Shown piece after piece: positions 55,809 through 64,000 of a DNA stretch of 64,000 bases. Location of the stretch: positions 704,001 to 768,000 of the forward strand of contig CBDFLE010000006.1 in the NCBI GenBank assembly GCA_965248925.1. Reading direction: 5' to 3'. The notes beneath the pieces were generated by a model that saw nothing but the letters and a program-made list of their open reading frames with translations, searched no databases and was not told where the DNA came from. This stretch comes from Candidatus Multivoradales bacterium. Lineage in GTDB: Bacteria; Acidobacteriota; Thermoanaerobaculia; Multivoradales; J023. Within the stretch, counting starts at the first letter, position 1. The number at the start of each line of letters is the position of its first letter. A program made the translations under genes and the position numbers.

Positions 55809-57752
55809 CTAGCCGTCGAGCGGTACCTGGCCTTCAGGCAAGATCAGCTCGCCTTGGTAGAGGCCAGCCGAACCCAGCCCCAAACGCTCACTGGCGACTA
55901 CCCGCACCCTGCCGGTTGCCAAGTGGCAAGCCACTAGTCGCCCAGGAGCGCCGTCCCAGTCCGCCTGCCAACGGGTCAGGATTTGCCACACAGCCCAGCC
56001 CTTCTCGGCCGCCAAGGGACGGCTGTATACAGGAGGCACGGGGAGTCCCGTCAGCGTCGGGATCTCACAAGCAGTCTCTACTCCGCTACCCGGTTTCCAG
56101 CGGCGAACTAGACGGCGACCGCCGCTCTCGCCAGCTAGCCACAGAAGGCTGCCTCGAGTGGCTCCCAGGCTCGCTCGCTCGGCCCCTCCCAAGAACACCC
56201 CGGCCCTTTCAACCTCACCGCTGATCGGATCGAGGAGAGCCAACTCGCAACCCCCCTCTTGGGGCAAACAAACCGGCTGGCGACCACCGAAATCAGAGGT
56301 GGTTATGCGGGCATCGATCACCGCTTCGCCCATCGGCCTAATGAAGTCGAGCCAGCTCTCGAAAGGCCGCGGCTCGCTGAGAAATTTGGCACCGGGCAGC
56401 GCCAGGACCCCAAAGCGGCATTCGCGCTGCTGCCAGTCATCTGCGGGGAGGAGCAGCCAGGACATCAAGAGCGAAGAATCGTCGAGCCACGAGACCTCCC
56501 AGATGTGGCCACGGGCAGGTATCTCGAAACGGCGCAGGAGCCCGTCCTGTTCGATCGAGAACAGCGACCACCGCTGCCCATCAAGCGGGTCGACCCAAGC
56601 GAAGCGTTTCCCTTCTGGCGACCAACCGGGAGAGAACCTGTCAACGTAGTGTAGACCGGCCGTCTGAACCACCGGAACGGCCTCAAGAGTCGCTAGATCG
56701 AGCAGCTGAAAACCACTGGCCTTATCGCCGCCCACCAGGGCACGCCGCCGATCCGGGGCCAGACGAAGCCTCATCCCGGTCACCGGCAAGTCTCGCCAAA
56801 CATGCACTGTGCCATCGTCTCGCCGCAGCCGGAGCATCGAGATCGAGCGGCGAGTATTGGGTCCTTGCACCAGCTCCAGGATGCCGCCATCAACAGCCCG
56901 AGCCAATATCGGACGACTGTCCGGCCCGGCACTCGGATGGACCAGCAACTGGCTCAAAACGGTGAGTGCCAGCACGGCTGGCGGAACCCCCCAAAGCAGA
57001 CCCAACAAACCCTTGGAAGGCCCTGTGGTAGAGCTCCTAAAAACCCCCCAGGCAGCCAGACCAAGAGCCATGACCCACAGAGAATCGTGCACCAAGAGGT
57101 GCTTGGCTACCGCCTTCGGCTGCCACCACAAGTCTTGCCCGATTCGCTGCAGGTAGACCTGGAAAGAAACCGCCATGCCAACCGCCGCGGCGCAGACCAA
57201 CACCCACCAACCCAGAGCCCTACCCGGTGAGCGACTCAGCACCGCAACGAGGACTGCCAAACCGATCACCAGCAGGCTGACCAGCAACCAGCTAGCCAGC
57301 GGCCAACCCGCGCTCAGCGTCCATAGGGACCTCGCGGCGAGTGGCAAGGGATCAAGGGCCGCCGTCCCCCCAGACAGCACATAGAAAGGCGAGAACCCGT
57401 TGACCAACAAGGCGCCGCAGAGGTAGACCATCAGCGCCGCGGCCAGCGCCAGAAGCCGCCCCAGAAACAACCCACTACGCGACAATGGCCGCGCCATCAA
57501 CCAGCGAAACTGCCCCGAGGCCCGATCCTGAGGCCAGCCCGAGAAGACCAAGGCCACCGCCAGCAGCGGGCCCAAAATCAGAATCAGCGCCGCTGCAGAG
57601 ATGATCGGAAAATCGTTTTCGGCCCAGAATCGCCAATGGCCGTTCAGCGATCGGTGAATCAGGAAGAGCAGTGGCCAGAACGACCAGCCAGCGATGATCA
57701 AGGGCGCGGAGCGGCGCAGCTCATAGGCCAGAAATGCGTTGAATTGGGCCAT
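55809..57752 (-). CDS. ABC-2-type permease-like membrane protein with a C-terminal beta-propeller-like domain
   Basis: WLMARPLSR motif, multiple TM helices, PGWSPEGKRFAW repeats; co-oriented after the ABC ATPase. Confidence 0.65.
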   Translation of the reverse strand: MAQFNAFLAYELRRSAPLIIAGWSFWPLLFLIHRSLNGHWRFWAENDFPIISAAALILILGPLLAVALVFSGWPQDRASGQFRWLMARPLSRSGLFLGRLLALAAALMVYLCGALLVNGFSPFYVLSGGTAALDPLPLAARSLWTLSAGWPLASWLLVSLLVIGLAVLVAVLSRSPGRALGWWVLVCAAAVGMAVSFQVYLQRIGQDLWWQPKAVAKHLLVHDSLWVMALGLAAWGVFRSSTTGPSKGLLGLLWGVPPAVLALTVLSQLLVHPSAGPDSRPILARAVDGGILELVQGPNTRRSISMLRLRRDDGTVHVWRDLPVTGMRLRLAPDRRRALVGGDKASGFQLLDLATLEAVPVVQTAGLHYVDRFSPGWSPEGKRFAWVDPLDGQRWSLFSIEQDGLLRRFEIPARGHIWEVSWLDDSSLLMSWLLLPADDWQQRECRFGVLALPGAKFLSEPRPFESWLDFIRPMGEAVIDARITTSDFGGRQPVCLPQEGGCELALLDPISGEVERAGVFLGGAERASLGATRGSLLWLAGESGGRRLVRRWKPGSGVETACEIPTLTGLPVPPVYSRPLAAEKGWAVWQILTRWQADWDGAPGRLVACHLATGRVRVVASERLGLGSAGLYQGELILPEGQVPLDG

Positions 57753-57754
57753 GA

Positions 57755-58600
57755 TCAGGCGGCTCCTCGGGTCAGATGAATGAAAACCGACTCGACATCC
57801 GCAGGTTCCTGCCAAGCGACCGGCACCGCAGCTCGATACTCGCGCCAACTAGCCTCATGCCAGGCGGTGGCGAGAGTGCCCTCGGGGCTCTCCAGCACCG
57901 CCAGTTCGGCCGGCAGCGGCGGTGCCGTTGGTGGAAGATGGAGCCGGCGATAGCTCGAGCGCAGCTGGTCGACGGAAGCGTCCAGGAGCGCCTTGCCGGC
58001 AGACAGCACCACCAGGCGGTCAAGGCTACGCTCGATCTCCACCAGCAAGTGGGTGCTGATCAAGACGCCGGTACCGCTCTCTGCCGTAGCACTCAAGAGT
58101 TCGCCGATGAGCACTCGGCGACCCCCTGGATCGAGGCCCAGAGTGGGGTCGTCAAGCAACAGCAAGCGCGGCCGGTGCGCAAGCGCAAAGAGCAGTGCCA
58201 ACCGGCCTCGCTGGCCACGCGACAAGCGATCGGCGCGGGCCGCGGGGTCGATTTGCAAACGATCGATGAGTTCGTTCGCCAGTCCCTCGTCCCAGCGCGG
58301 AAAGCTGCGCTGCTGAAACCGAATCAGGTGCCGCACACGCAGACTCGGAAACGAGGGCTGCTCCGGCATCCAGCCGATTTCACCAAGATGCCGGCGACCG
58401 GCCGGCGAGTGTCCCAGCACGGCGATCTCTCCTGTCGTCGGCCGGCTGTAGCCCATCAGCAGATCCATGGTGGTGGACTTACCGGCGCCGTTGACCCCGG
58501 CCAGGGCAACAATCTCACCCTTGGCAACCACCAGATCGAGCCCATCGAGCACTACCCGATCGCCGAACCTCTGCTTCACATTGTCCATTCCGATCAGCAT
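57755..58600 (-). CDS. ABC transporter ATP-binding protein (YtrB-like)
   Basis: GVNGAGKST, LSRGQR, LLLLDDPT, ISTH. Confidence 0.92.
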   Translation of the reverse strand: MLIGMDNVKQRFGDRVVLDGLDLVVAKGEIVALAGVNGAGKSTTMDLLMGYSRPTTGEIAVLGHSPAGRRHLGEIGWMPEQPSFPSLRVRHLIRFQQRSFPRWDEGLANELIDRLQIDPAARADRLSRGQRGRLALLFALAHRPRLLLLDDPTLGLDPGGRRVLIGELLSATAESGTGVLISTHLLVEIERSLDRLVVLSAGKALLDASVDQLRSSYRRLHLPPTAPPLPAELAVLESPEGTLATAWHEASWREYRAAVPVAWQEPADVESVFIHLTRGAA

Positions 58601-58996
58601 TCAGTCCTCCGTTCCCGGGCGATCGCCAGCCTGCTGCCAGCGCTGCTTAATTTGCCCAAGAAGTTCCTCCAAGCTCATTCCCAGGCGGTGCGCCACCTGC
58701 ACCACGCCTGACAGTTCACGGTCCATGACGCGGCGCGCCACCACCGGCGCCTGCTTCGCCGCACCCTCGGCCACCACACTGCCAACCCCGCGAATCGACC
58801 GCGCCAAACCGAGCCGATCGAGCTCCCGGCCAACCCGCGCGGCGGTGTTGGGGTTGATCCGCAACTGGGCCGCCAGCCGCCGCACCGAAGGCAGGGCATC
58901 GCCTGGCCGCAGCGCCTTCACCGCCACTGCCATCGCCACCTGTTCGATGATCTGCTCGTAGAGCGGCACCGGACTGCCGCCGTCGATCTGCGGCAA
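58601..58996 (-). CDS. GntR (YtrA subfamily) regulator
   Basis: PLYEQI..LRPGDALPSVRRLAAQLRINPNT..RGVG; start uncertain (TTG 58996 chosen because the longer ORF overlaps the operator). Confidence 0.88.
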   Translation of the reverse strand: MPQIDGGSPVPLYEQIIEQVAMAVAVKALRPGDALPSVRRLAAQLRINPNTAARVGRELDRLGLARSIRGVGSVVAEGAAKQAPVVARRVMDRELSGVVQVAHRLGMSLEELLGQIKQRWQQAGDRPGTED

Positions 58997-59067
58997 CCAT
59001 GCGGCAGAACCCCCGTCCGCTTCCGCGGTCGTCTGCCGTAGTTCGGATTTCGACTCTGTGTTCTTGT

Positions 59068-59085
59068 GTACTATCACGATAGTAC
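59068..59085. promoter_or_regulatory. Palindromic operator, probably the YtrA-type GntR autoregulatory site
   Basis: GTACTATC-AC-GATAGTAC perfect inverted repeat, just downstream of a TTGCAT -35-like hexamer on the minus strand. Confidence 0.7.
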
Positions 59086-59302
59086 GGTAATGCAAATACC
59101 GGCAGAGGTCAAACTGTCCTCAGCCGCCTCAGTGAGTTTGACCCGCGGCAAGCGAGAGAACTCGACAACCAGGGTAAGCTGAAGGCCAACGACGCCGACA
59201 ATCCAGAATTCTTGCGCGCCAAGCTCGACCCGTGTGACCAAGCCATTGGCGCTCACGCCGAGTCAGGCTGAGAGGATCAACAATCATTCCGAGGTTCCTG
59301 AG

Positions 59303-59686
59303 ATGGTGATCCCCCGCATCCTGGCCGTCGCCTTCGGTGGCGCCATCGGCGCGGTCGCGCGCTATCTTCTGTCGGGTTGGATCGGTCGCCTGGCCCCATC
59401 CACCGCCCTGCCCTGGGGCACTCTGGCGGTCAACGTCTTGGGCTCGCTGCTCCTGGGCCTGCTGCTCGGCGCCAGCGAAGGGCGGATACAGCTCTCGGTC
59501 GAACTGCGGGCAATGCTCGGCGTTGGCCTCCTGGGTGCCCTGACCACGTTTTCGACCTTCTCTTACGAAACACTAGAACTTCTAGGACGGGGTGAGCTGG
59601 CCAACGGCGTGCTCAATGTGCTGCTCAACGTAGTCCTCACTCTCGCCGCTTGCTGGCTCGGTTTGCAGCTTGGCGGACGGCTCTGA
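59303..59686 (+). CDS. crcB: Fluoride efflux channel CrcB/FluC
   Basis: GGAIGAVARY, PWGTLAVNVLGS, GLLGALTTFSTFSYE. Confidence 0.95.
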   Translation: MVIPRILAVAFGGAIGAVARYLLSGWIGRLAPSTALPWGTLAVNVLGSLLLGLLLGASEGRIQLSVELRAMLGVGLLGALTTFSTFSYETLELLGRGELANGVLNVLLNVVLTLAACWLGLQLGGRL

Positions 59687-59705
59687 GGGCGACTCGACGG
59701 GCGAC

Positions 59706-60815
59706 CTACTGGGTCTTGCTTTCCTTGCCGAGCAACCAGCTGATCTCCTTGCCCGCCGCCCGGCCCAACGCCAGGGCTAGCAGCCGCCAAGGAGACATCT
59801 TGCCAAAAGCACCGGCGATCGCGTAGAGGGTGCCGAGGCCGACGCTGCGTTCGCTGGTGATGGCGTAGATCGGCTCCCAACCGTGGGGTTGGAACTTGGC
59901 CTTGTAGGCATCGAGGCCGTCGAAGTTGTAGAACCGCTGACCGTGAGCCCGCACCCAGACCAGCAGCAGCAGCAGCCAACCCTGCTCTGACTGGGTCAAT
60001 TCAGCCCGCCGAGATAGCGGCGACAGACCCAAAGTGACCCACGAGGCGCCTCCCTCGGCCAAATCCCTCATGGCAGCGTCGAGCAGCAGTTCCGAAGTGC
60101 CGTTGGGAGCCTGCAAGCCACGAAGATTCTGTTCCACCAACCAACCCTGGCGCTGCGGCACCGGCGAAGCCACCAGAAAGCCCAGTACCTCCCCATCCCG
60201 CAAGGCGACGAAAATCCGCCGATCGTAAAGCCTTTCCAGAGTCTCGGTCTCAACTAGAAAATGCAGCGGCGGCAGACCACGGGTCGACAGCCACTCCGCC
60301 AAACAGCGTTCGAGTCGAGCCTCACCGGTGGCCCGGAGCGGGTCCCAAGACTCAACTCGCACCCCCTTGTTTCGCGCCCGGTTGAGCTGCGCTCGCAGCG
60401 ACGCTTTGCCGGCGACGATCGCCGGCCAGCCCGCCGGATCCCACCACGGTTGCGCGCCGAGCAAAATGCGATCTTGCGGGCCGCGCTCAGCTAAGACACT
60501 CGCCAACCGCTCATCGGCAGCGAAATAGCAGCTCCATAGGCGGGCGGCGTGAGTCTCGGCTTCGAACTCCTCCACCACCTCGGCCAGCCGCTCGACCGGA
60601 CACACCGGCGAACCCGCCACCACGCGATAGGCAGCACTTTCGACAAAACCCACCAAGGCATCGCCGCGGCTGGAATACCACCGCTGGATACCGGGATTGA
60701 GAATCTGATAGGCGGTGGCATTCCAGCCGTGCTCGAGAATCAGCCGGCGCCCGCGCTCGAGCCCCCCGATCGGCCGCGACAACTCAGTGGTGACCCCAAC
60801 GACAGTCAAATCCAC
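59706..60815 (-). CDS. DUF2156 / aminoacyl-phosphatidylglycerol synthase C-terminal-like (GNAT) protein
   Basis: APNGTSELLL, VTLGLSPLS, FYNFDGLDAYKAKFQPHGWEPIY. Confidence 0.85.
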   Translation of the reverse strand: MDLTVVGVTTELSRPIGGLERGRRLILEHGWNATAYQILNPGIQRWYSSRGDALVGFVESAAYRVVAGSPVCPVERLAEVVEEFEAETHAARLWSCYFAADERLASVLAERGPQDRILLGAQPWWDPAGWPAIVAGKASLRAQLNRARNKGVRVESWDPLRATGEARLERCLAEWLSTRGLPPLHFLVETETLERLYDRRIFVALRDGEVLGFLVASPVPQRQGWLVEQNLRGLQAPNGTSELLLDAAMRDLAEGGASWVTLGLSPLSRRAELTQSEQGWLLLLLVWVRAHGQRFYNFDGLDAYKAKFQPHGWEPIYAITSERSVGLGTLYAIAGAFGKMSPWRLLALALGRAAGKEISWLLGKESKTQ

Positions 60816-61076
60816 TCCCCAAACACCACGGCGGCGGGGTCGCCGGCGGCGGAATCGTACGCTTTAGTAGCAGTGTAGAACAACATGAGAGAGGGCTCCG
60901 CCGACATTCTACGCCGCGAATACCGAGAAGGCTGCCGCAGAGGAGTTTGGCAGCTCCCCTCGCAGAAGTAGAGAGAAGTGTCATACTCAGAGCCTCGATA
61001 AGCGTTGGTGCGGGAGAAGGACATCTTTGCCGCCACCAAGCGTCGCTTGATCGCCAGCGTCGATCAACAGCGGCGG

Positions 61077-61255
61077 CCACTCCATAAAGTGCCTGGCACC
61101 TCCTCCACTCCATAAGGTGCCTGGCACCTCCTCTAGCTCCACTCCACTCCATAAGGTGCCTGGCACCTCTTCTAGCTCCACTCCACTCCATAAGGTGCCT
61201 GGCACCTCCTCTAGCTCCACTCCACTCCATAAGGTGCCTGGCACCTCCTCTAGCT
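61077..61255. repeat. 39-bp tandem repeat (about 4 copies plus a partial) with palindromic core AGGTGCC-T-GGCACCT
   Basis: Core starts at 61086 (variant), 61114, 61153, 61192 and 61231. Confidence 0.93.
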
Positions 61256-61347
61256 GGCCGCTTCATTTGCCAGGAACAAGACCAGGTGATACGCTCAAGA
61301 AACTTCTCGGGTGATCTGAGGAGTTATTGGATCTGGGAGTTATTGAA

Positions 61348-61899
61348 ATGAAAAACGCTACGCCTATGCTCCTCCTGACGTGGCTCCTCTTAGCCAATAC
61401 AGCCATTGCCGAGTCCCCGGAATTGGCGGCGTTGCCGCTCTTCGAGGAGGGTGCCGGCCCGGCTATCAAGGATGCTGACAGCTGCGGCGGAGAGATCAAG
61501 GATCTCTCTAGTCTCGAAATTCAGCGGCTCGTCGAGCACCGGCAACTGCGACCGGCTGGTCCTGTTCGGGTCAAGCCGTCTACGATGGTCCGGAAGACCC
61601 GTCGGAGCTACGACAAAGCCCTCAATCCAGATGGCGCTGTCGAGCTGGTCAGCGTCACCCGCACCCGTACGACCTCCCGGTCCTATGAGTATCTCGATGA
61701 TGATGGCTTGCTACAAAAGGTAGACATCAATTGCTCACTCTCTTGCTCCGGTATGAGTTGCTCCAGCAGTGGGTGTACGCCCGGCAGCGCAGCCAACTGC
61801 ACTGCTCATACCTGCATCCACGCTATCGGCACGCCACCTTGCTCGGGGACATGCACAAAGAACTCGTCGTCGCGGCCGAACCCAGACAACAAGCATTAG
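61348..61899 (+). CDS. Exported protein with a C-terminal Cys/Ser/Thr-rich segment (8 Cys)
   Basis: Signal peptide ending AIA; tail CSLSCSGMSCSSSGCTPGSAANCTAHTCIHAIGTPPCSGTC. Confidence 0.7.
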   Translation: MKNATPMLLLTWLLLANTAIAESPELAALPLFEEGAGPAIKDADSCGGEIKDLSSLEIQRLVEHRQLRPAGPVRVKPSTMVRKTRRSYDKALNPDGAVELVSVTRTRTTSRSYEYLDDDGLLQKVDINCSLSCSGMSCSSSGCTPGSAANCTAHTCIHAIGTPPCSGTCTKNSSSRPNPDNKH

Positions 61900-62913
61900 C
61901 AGCTAACTCTTGACCTTGGTGTGAACGATGCTGCTGTGAAAGCAATCATCTGAAGGTCCCAAGCGGGCCACTCAGCAGCTCCCGGCCAGGAGCGTTGCCC
62001 TCTGACTCGGCTGGTTGGTGGCCACCCGGATGGCAACCTAGCCACCTCCTGCCAGGTCGAGGTGCGCCGTACCCATCTCGAGTTCGGTTTGCAGCAGAGC
62101 GTTGTGATTGTTGCGGGCGATGTGGCAATGCTCGGCGCTGAAACCGAGGTAGTCGGCCTGTCGCTAGCCGGAAGGCTGCGGGCGATCCTCAGGCTACCTG
62201 GCACCTCGCCATTGGACCCTGCAAGCCGAGAGCGGTGAACGTCGATGTGCTCTATCGGGTTGATCGTTAGCCGGCCGCTCGGCGAGCTCTACCATCAGCC
62301 ACTTGCGTGTCTTGACGCTGGGTCCCAAGGGTGTCCGTCATTTCTGTGGCGCAGTGTAGGTGGTCGTGGTGGTGTAGCTGAAGACCTGGCCGTCTTCTAC
62401 CCCTTCGTCGACGCGGTCGGGGGCGTTGCCCTGGCCACTGAGGGTGAAGGTTGGGGGATCAGGCCCGAAGCTACAGAATTTCACTCTAGCGACTTATCCG
62501 CCCTGGGTTCCCCCGCGATAGCCCGATGGAAGTGTTAGGTGCCGTTGGGGATGACGTGTGCCTATTCCGACGAAACTGACCAGCCATTCCGATCGAAACC
62601 GACCACTTGTCGGAGCGAAGCGACGCTGGCGCTCTCCTCAGTTGTAAGTGTCCACTTTCGCTGTAGCTGGAGCCCTCCTTCCGGCTCTTCTTCTTGATTG
62701 ATTGTATTCAAATAACCCGTCGTCGGGGCTGTGCGTAGCTGTGGGAAACGCAGGTTGGGGGGCAGGGGGGCGTTTTCCAAGCGGTTGTGGGAATCGCAGA
62801 GCGATTTCCACAACCGCGGCAGCTTCCACAGTCCATCTTGGGTCGGGTCCGGATCGGGCCGCAGGCCCGCTGATGGGTCAGGATCGGCGATCGCTTCAGC
62901 ATGCTCTTGGATC

Positions 62914-63678
62914 TCACCTTGCCTCTCGCTGGGCGGCCTTGCGAATACCGCCGGCTCTCTTCGCCCGCATGGAGTCACCGTCCACCGCGAGCTTGTAGGC
63001 GCCGTGGACAATGCGATCGAGGATGGCGGCGGCCAAGGTCGGATCGCCGATGACCTCGTACCAGCTCTCAACCGGTAGCTGGGAGGTCACCAGCGTGGAG
63101 CGGTTGCCGTAGCGGTCCTCAAGAATCTCGAGCAGGTCGCGCCGCTCGCTGGCCCCGATCGGCGCCAGCCCCCAGTCGTCGAGGATGAGCAGGTCTGTGC
63201 GAGCATAGCTCTTGAGCAGCTTCTCGTAGCTACCATCACCCCGCGCGATGGCGAGCTGGCGAAACAGCCTCGGCACCCGCAGGTACAAAGCGGTGTAACC
63301 CTCCCGACATGCCTTGTGCGCGAAGGCGCAGGCGAGAAAGGTCTTGCCCACCCCGGCCTTGCCGGTGATCAGCACGTTGAGATGCTCGGCGATCCACTGG
63401 CACGAGGCCAGGCGCAGGATCTGGCCTTTGTCCAGGCCCCTCTTGGCTCGCCAGTCGATGTCTTCGATGGCCGCCTGCTCGCGCAGCTTGGCTTTTCGCA
63501 ACCGCGCTATCAAGCGGCGGCTGGATCGCTCGGTCGCTTCGCGCTCGACCAGCAGCCCGAGGCGCTCTTCGAAGGAGAGCTCTGAGACATCGACCATCGA
63601 CAGCTGCTCCTCAAAGGCTTTGGCCATACCGTGGAGCTTGAGCGCGGCGAGTTGATCGAGCGTCGCGTGCCTCAGCAT
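62914..63678 (-). CDS. istB: IS21 helper ATPase IstB
   Basis: LKLHGMA, LSFEERLGLLV, GKAGVGKT, LLILDDWG, TSQLP, AILDRIVH. Confidence 0.95.
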   Translation of the reverse strand: MLRHATLDQLAALKLHGMAKAFEEQLSMVDVSELSFEERLGLLVEREATERSSRRLIARLRKAKLREQAAIEDIDWRAKRGLDKGQILRLASCQWIAEHLNVLITGKAGVGKTFLACAFAHKACREGYTALYLRVPRLFRQLAIARGDGSYEKLLKSYARTDLLILDDWGLAPIGASERRDLLEILEDRYGNRSTLVTSQLPVESWYEVIGDPTLAAAILDRIVHGAYKLAVDGDSMRAKRAGGIRKAAQREAR

Positions 63679-64000
63679 GGCGGCGTCTCCTCGCGGCGCG
63701 CGGCACTGTAGTAGCTGGCGCCGCGGACGTTGCGGTGCTCGATCGGCGCCGTCACTTCGGTGGGCTCGGGCGCTGCTTGCTGGTCCAGGCCGCTCTTCAG
63801 GATCGACTTCACGCTCTTGTAGGACAGGCCGTGAATGGCGAGCGCGCGGCGGCACGCAGCCTCCAAACGATTGGCACCATAGGTCTTGCCCAGGCGCATC
63901 AGCCCCAGACACGAGCGAAAGCCGTGCTGAGGATGGGAGCGGTTAAGCATGATGGTCTCCACCAGTTCGGCCGTCGCCTGGCCTGTTTTCGCCGCCCAGC
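63672..64000 (-). CDS. istA: IS21 transposase IstA, partial C-terminus
   Basis: HPQHGFRSCLGLMRL..RLEAACRRAL..SYKSVKSIL..HRNVRGASYY. Confidence 0.9.
   Translation of the reverse strand, partial: WAAKTGQATAELVETIMLNRSHPQHGFRSCLGLMRLGKTYGANRLEAACRRALAIHGLSYKSVKSILKSGLDQQAAPEPTEVTAPIEHRNVRGASYYSAARREETPPC

Larger units (their letters stand above)
62559..64000 (-). mobile_element. IS21-family insertion sequence (one end in window, runs off the edge)
   Basis: TG-terminated end TGCCTATTCCGACGAAACTGACCAGCCATTCCGATCGAAACCGACCAC with repeated ATTCCG motifs; istB and partial istA inside. Confidence 0.9.

Noticed and set aside
59100-59302. Fluoride riboswitch upstream of crcB
   Set aside because: I could not find the GGxGAUGG...CUxAUGAC consensus by eye; an Rfam scan would settle it
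61077-61255. CRISPR array
   Set aside because: Sequences between the palindromic cores are near-identical rather than unique spacers, and there are no cas genes in the window
62240-62558. Gene next to the IS21 end
   Set aside because: Only short broken frames; possibly the remnant of an interrupted gene, not assignable

Overview
GC-rich bacterial window; the gene content (VWA/GWxTD-like protein, TIGR02999-type ECF sigma factor plus Ser/Thr kinase, IPTL-CTERM proteins) suggests an Acidobacteriota, probably Thermoanaerobaculia-like, host (inference). The main candidate for a new system is a four-gene, translationally coupled lasso-peptide-type operon at about 1.4-8.4 kb: lasso cyclase, an unannotated 68-aa precursor, a 1392-aa exported P-domain/GEVED/C25 gingipain-family protease and an HprK-like kinase, with no B1/B2 leader-processing genes in the window. 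Other highlights: a UGSC-family selenoprotein that the ORF track splits at an in-frame UGA followed by a SECIS-like hairpin, co-oriented with a thioredoxin-fusion protein and a surface-sorted pentaheme cytochrome downstream of a sigma54 promoter and a short terminated RNA; an ATP-cone/2-phosphoglycerate kinase/iPGM fusion; a 16-bp x5 repeat duplicating the phaR start codon; a ClpX paralogue lacking pore and IGF loops; and a cupredoxin paired with a pseudo-cyclase receptor kinase. The rest is housekeeping or accessory (pepQ, cysK, pepF-type, M29 aminopeptidase, GGDEF-EAL, PHA granule genes, YtrA-type ABC, crcB), plus an ISL3 relic, a decayed kinase, a 39-bp palindromic tandem repeat and an IS21 element running off the right edge. 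All calls come from motif reading by eye; no database searches were run.
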